Position numbers and translations under genes: made by a program | In this document: piece after piece, positions 60,239 through 64,000 of the stretch | How positions within the stretch are numbered: position 1 is the stretch's first letter | How the letters are laid out: each line of letters starts with the position of its first letter | Assembly: GCA_029856045.1 (NCBI GenBank) | Contig: JAHQWG010000046.1 | Span: 1 to 64,000 of the forward strand | Length of the DNA stretch: 64,000 nucleotides | From: Promethearchaeia archaeon | GTDB taxonomy: Archaea; Asgardarchaeota; Lokiarchaeia; Sigyniarchaeales; SOKP01 | Reading direction: 5' to 3' | The notes under the pieces: generated by a model | What the model saw: the letters and a program-made list of their open reading frames with translations, nothing else | The model's database searches: none | What the model was told of the DNA's origin: nothing

Positions 60239-61660
60239 TTAATCCTCCTTTAGTAGATGATTTGGATGCATTAAAATTGTAGCAGTAACATGGGACCCGA
60301 CACCAGCGTGACTGATAGCTAATCCACGTTTAGCACCCTTAACTTGTAAATCAGTCCAGTCCTTAGGTTTTTCTCGACCAAATTTCTTCCATTTCTTTTC
60401 ATCACCGTGTATTTCAGCCCATCGATTCCATATATGATATCCGATTTCAGCAATTTGCATTAAGCCCGTTGCACCAACAGCATGCATACATCCAATTAAA
60501 CCTCCGGAAAGGTTGCTTGGTAAACGCCCAGGTTTGCCAGTTTTAGGATTTGTATGATAACCATCTCCAGATTCAATATAATCACGACCTTCACCATATG
60601 GACGAAGTCCCACATCTTCATATGATTGAATATCACTAATTGTAAATGCATCATGTAGTTCAATTACGTCCAGATCTTCGCATGGATCAACAACTCCTGT
60701 CATATTATATGCATAGTAAGATGCAATACGTGCAGCCAAAAAGCTAGAAAAACCGGGATATCGATCTCCTCCTGGAAATCTCTTTCCTAAATCATCATAT
60801 AGTCCAGGTTCCTCATTGGGTAATAGTGGTATTTTCATATCTCGCCGATCTGCTACACGTAGAGTATGACTTCCTGCACCTATCCAAATTCGTAAAGGAT
60901 TATCTGTAAGTTCATAAGCTGTTTTTTCATCACAAACAACTCCACAAGCAGCTCCTACGCTCATTAAACAACAATCTAAAACTCGAAGCGGATATGCTAC
61001 AACTGGCGAGTTAATTACATCTTCAACAGTAATTTTCATACCACCATGTGCATAGGGATTCATCCTTCCATACCCGCGATTTTTTACAGCAATTTCAGCC
61101 ATAGTTTTTCGAAAAGAATCTTCAGCTTTCCCAAATATTTGCCAATATCTCTGTGCCATAACAGCGTAATAACCTGTATATATATGACCGAGTGGTGTCT
61201 CCCAATCTTTATCTGCTGCACATGCAATCAGGTGATTTCCTTCATCAGTAGGAACTTCATCCATTCTTTCCCATCCCATAGCTAGAGCACAATCGCTGTA
61301 ACCAGAAGCTACTGCTTTAATAGCTTCCCAAATAGTTGAACCCCCTGTAGCTCCCCCTGTTTTTACTCCAATAGTACCAAGAGGATCTAGACCAAGCCGA
61401 TCATGAATAACTGCTTCTCCTAAAAGTTGATCTCCGAAATGATCCGCAAAATGCCCGTAATATGCAGTATGTATATATTGTTTTAATTCAGCAGGAGTCA
61501 TTTTTATAAAATCTGCCGCTGCAGTAAATGCTTCAATACATAGTTCTTCAGTTCGTAAAGTGGGAAAGGCACGACCAAATCTTGACATACCTGATGTTGC
61601 TAAATATACTGGTCGCGCCATTTTTGGAATCTTAAGTTGTTTATCACTAAATTTAATCAT
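60239..61660 (-). CDS. Thiolase-fold protein lacking the N-terminal catalytic Cys
   Basis: VKTGGATGG, GWERM, IELHDAF, NLSGGLIGCMHAVGATG. Confidence 0.85.
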   Translation of the reverse strand: MIKFSDKQLKIPKMARPVYLATSGMSRFGRAFPTLRTEELCIEAFTAAADFIKMTPAELKQYIHTAYYGHFADHFGDQLLGEAVIHDRLGLDPLGTIGVKTGGATGGSTIWEAIKAVASGYSDCALAMGWERMDEVPTDEGNHLIACAADKDWETPLGHIYTGYYAVMAQRYWQIFGKAEDSFRKTMAEIAVKNRGYGRMNPYAHGGMKITVEDVINSPVVAYPLRVLDCCLMSVGAACGVVCDEKTAYELTDNPLRIWIGAGSHTLRVADRRDMKIPLLPNEEPGLYDDLGKRFPGGDRYPGFSSFLAARIASYYAYNMTGVVDPCEDLDVIELHDAFTISDIQSYEDVGLRPYGEGRDYIESGDGYHTNPKTGKPGRLPSNLSGGLIGCMHAVGATGLMQIAEIGYHIWNRWAEIHGDEKKWKKFGREKPKDWTDLQVKGAKRGLAISHAGVGSHVTATILMHPNHLLKED

Positions 61661-61812
61661 TTAAACTCATCTTTTGTAGTTAGTTTGAATTTTTTTTAAA
61701 GTATGTAGTAAAATTAATGATTATATTAAAATTAAGTTAAAGAATTAGATTAATTATTCTTTGAATATTTAACTAATTATCTTTAAATCTTTTAAAAAGT
61801 TGAAAAGTTAAA

Positions 61813-63348
61813 ATGGTTGAAGTAGACACTTTTTTTTGGTGGAGTGATGAACAGAAAGAATTTGCGAAAAAAGTTGCTCAATTTGTAGAGGATAATTTAG
61901 AGGAAGCAGAATATTATTTTTGGAAGCAAAAATTCCCTCATTCAATAGTGAAAAAAGTTGCAAAAGAAGGCTTTTTTGGACCTGGCGTTCCAAAACAGTA
62001 TGGAGGATTGGGATTAGGAGCCACGGGAGGATGCATTGCAGCCGAACATTTAGGGAGTTTATATGCAGTTGGACATGTTTTTACAGTATCAATGTTGGCA
62101 GGATTAGAACAAATTTTAAGATTCGGTACCGAAGAACAAAAGGAGACATGGTTTCCCTCTGTTGCAAATGGCTCGGAGATAGGGGCAGTATGTATTACGG
62201 AACCATTTGCAGGGTCGGACGCGGCAAATGTTATGACAACGGCAACTAAAGATGGAGACGAGTGGGTTTTAAACGGTAAAAAGAGAATGATAACTGGTGC
62301 TGGAGTTGCTGATAGATATTTTGTATACGCTAAAACAAGCGACGATCCGGCAATCCGAAAGCAGTACGCACATATAACCAGTTTTGTGGTCAAAAAAGGC
62401 ACTCCAGGATTTAGTCTCGAAAAGATAAATCCTCTTATAGGTTTTGATAATGCTCCTAATGGTTATCTAGATTTTGATAACGTTAGGATCCCCGATTTCA
62501 ATAGGGTTGGTGAAGTAGGGAAAGGATGGGCTGTTATGATGGCAGCTTTAAATTTTGAGCGGTTGATTGGCTCTGCAGTTTTAATAGGCGGAGTTAAGGA
62601 TATCATCCAATTTATCTTCCACTATACTAAACGCAGAATTCAATTTAATAGGCCCATTAATCGTATTAGAAACATTCAGTTTGACATTGCTGATATCATC
62701 ACTAAATATAAAATGGCGAGGCTATACTCATATCACACTGCACATCAACTCGATTCTGGTATGGAGCCGATGATTGAAGCGTCAATTGCGAAGCTAATGA
62801 ACACTGAGTATCTTGTAGAAATAACAAGAAAAGCCATACAGATTTGCGGTGGTGACGCTCTTACCAAATTTTATCCCCTTGAAAGAATGTATAGAGAAGC
62901 GAAAATAGGTGAAATAGTCGCTGGAACTTCTGAAATCCAAAGATTGATTATATATCGCTTTTCGACAATGCTTCCGACGTGGAATAAATCTTTAAAATTC
63001 AGATGGAACGATGAGGTAAATGCTCCTTTAATATCAAAGAGAGATTCCAGGTTTAAAGGTTTAGAAATTAACGAAGAAAATTTATTAAAAGTTATTGCGC
63101 ATGATTATAAGATAAACCCTGGAATTTACATGACTTTAGATGATGTCAGAGAAGATATCGGGGGAAGTAGAGTGAAAATAAAGCAGGGTATTGAATCTCT
63201 TGAAAATCAAGGACTGATTGTTTGTCATCGGGATCGAAGCGGAAAGATTGGTCTTGTTAAGGCAACATATAAAGGACTTTCAAAAGCCTTTCCAAAAGAG
63301 TATTATAGATGGTTTCCTCCTTGGTATGATGAAGCAGACAAGTTTTAA
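61813..63348 (+). CDS. Acyl-CoA dehydrogenase with a C-terminal wHTH-like extension
   Basis: ITEPFAGSD, LNGKKRMIT, NFERL, RIQF, IQICGG, IVAGTSEIQR, then ~120 extra aa. Confidence 0.88.
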   Translation: MVEVDTFFWWSDEQKEFAKKVAQFVEDNLEEAEYYFWKQKFPHSIVKKVAKEGFFGPGVPKQYGGLGLGATGGCIAAEHLGSLYAVGHVFTVSMLAGLEQILRFGTEEQKETWFPSVANGSEIGAVCITEPFAGSDAANVMTTATKDGDEWVLNGKKRMITGAGVADRYFVYAKTSDDPAIRKQYAHITSFVVKKGTPGFSLEKINPLIGFDNAPNGYLDFDNVRIPDFNRVGEVGKGWAVMMAALNFERLIGSAVLIGGVKDIIQFIFHYTKRRIQFNRPINRIRNIQFDIADIITKYKMARLYSYHTAHQLDSGMEPMIEASIAKLMNTEYLVEITRKAIQICGGDALTKFYPLERMYREAKIGEIVAGTSEIQRLIIYRFSTMLPTWNKSLKFRWNDEVNAPLISKRDSRFKGLEINEENLLKVIAHDYKINPGIYMTLDDVREDIGGSRVKIKQGIESLENQGLIVCHRDRSGKIGLVKATYKGLSKAFPKEYYRWFPPWYDEADKF

Positions 63349-63502
63349 ACATTACTTTTTATCTTTTTTTTTATTTTTAGTATATATATTATAATTTTCA
63401 AATATATTAAAAGAGCTTTAAAACCTTTTTAATTCATAAAAAATTTATAAAATAAATCAATATATTCTAATTATTCCTTTTATCAATAAGTTTTTCATTT
63501 GA

Positions 63503-64000
63503 GTGAATGATTTGGAACATAACGTTGAAAAAAAAACCGAAGATAAGAAAAGATATCTTAGCGTAGATGTATTTAAAGGATTGACCATTGCTTTAATGGT
63601 TTTTGTAAATTCAGTCCAATTATTTGATAGTGTTCCTGCTTGGACTAAACACGCAGGAGATTATGGGCTTACCTATGCAGATCTTATTGCTCCATTCTTT
63701 GTTTTCATGATGGCACTCAATTTTAAAACATCATTTCAGCGTCGATTAGAACAAAAAGGAAGGTCAAAAACCTATATTCACTTTATACGGAGATATTTAA
63801 TACTTATTGGAGTTGGACTTCTAATAAGCATTAATGAGGATATGGGAGTTATTTATTTTAGATGGGGCACACTGCAAGTGCTTGGTATATCGGGTCTTAT
63901 ATTATTACCATTAATCGAATTAAAACCAGAGATAAGGTTGATTTTTGCATGTGTAGGTCTGGTTTTTTATCAAATTCTAATAGAAACCGAAGTGAGTGAA
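63503..64000 (+). CDS. Heparan-alpha-glucosaminide N-acetyltransferase-like membrane protein (3'-truncated; not in the ORF track)
   Basis: Translated by hand: KRYLSVDVFKGLTIALMVFVN...WTKHA...GLTYADLIAPFFVFMM...WGTLQVLG; start GTG 63503 or TTG 63512. Confidence 0.8.
   Translation, partial: MNDLEHNVEKKTEDKKRYLSVDVFKGLTIALMVFVNSVQLFDSVPAWTKHAGDYGLTYADLIAPFFVFMMALNFKTSFQRRLEQKGRSKTYIHFIRRYLILIGVGLLISINEDMGVIYFRWGTLQVLGISGLILLPLIELKPEIRLIFACVGLVFYQILIETEVSE

Noticed and set aside
3990-62402. Many short ORFs nested in or antisense to long genes (e.g. 3990..4307, 12326..12673, 30961..31311, 31981..32373, 58283..58582, 61938..62402)
   Set aside because: They lie almost entirely within well-supported genes and show no motifs; the repetitive ones simply mirror the LRR repeats

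Overview
AT-rich archaeal chromosomal segment, most consistent with an Asgard archaeon of the Lokiarchaeia type. The evidence is an intron-containing tRNA with a bulge-helix-bulge-like junction, GGTGA-type ribosome-binding sites, a Rab-like GTPase, SDS22-type LRR proteins, a membrane protein with a longin-like tail, and an expanded set of acyl-CoA ligases. Lipid and organic-matter catabolism dominates: four long-chain acyl-CoA ligases, three thiolase-fold proteins lacking the catalytic Cys with DUF35 partners, two acyl-CoA dehydrogenases, enoyl-CoA hydratase, SCP2, Kce, a glycyl radical enzyme, GH2/GH3 glycosidases and amidohydrolases. Also present are feoAB-dtxR, an MNT-HEPN pair, three ICMT/PEMT-family genes and local duplications. 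The best candidates for undescribed systems are (i) a divergent island at 9.2-21.2 kb built around an Ltp4/Ltp3/tandem-DUF35 retro-aldolase-like module joined to Kce, and (ii) a 55.5-63.3 kb cluster joining a glycyl radical enzyme to a Cys-less thiolase/DUF35 pair and two unusual acyl-CoA dehydrogenases, one with a C-terminal winged-helix-like domain. No CRISPR array, rRNA or intact transposase was seen. All assignments come from motif recognition by eye; no searches were run.
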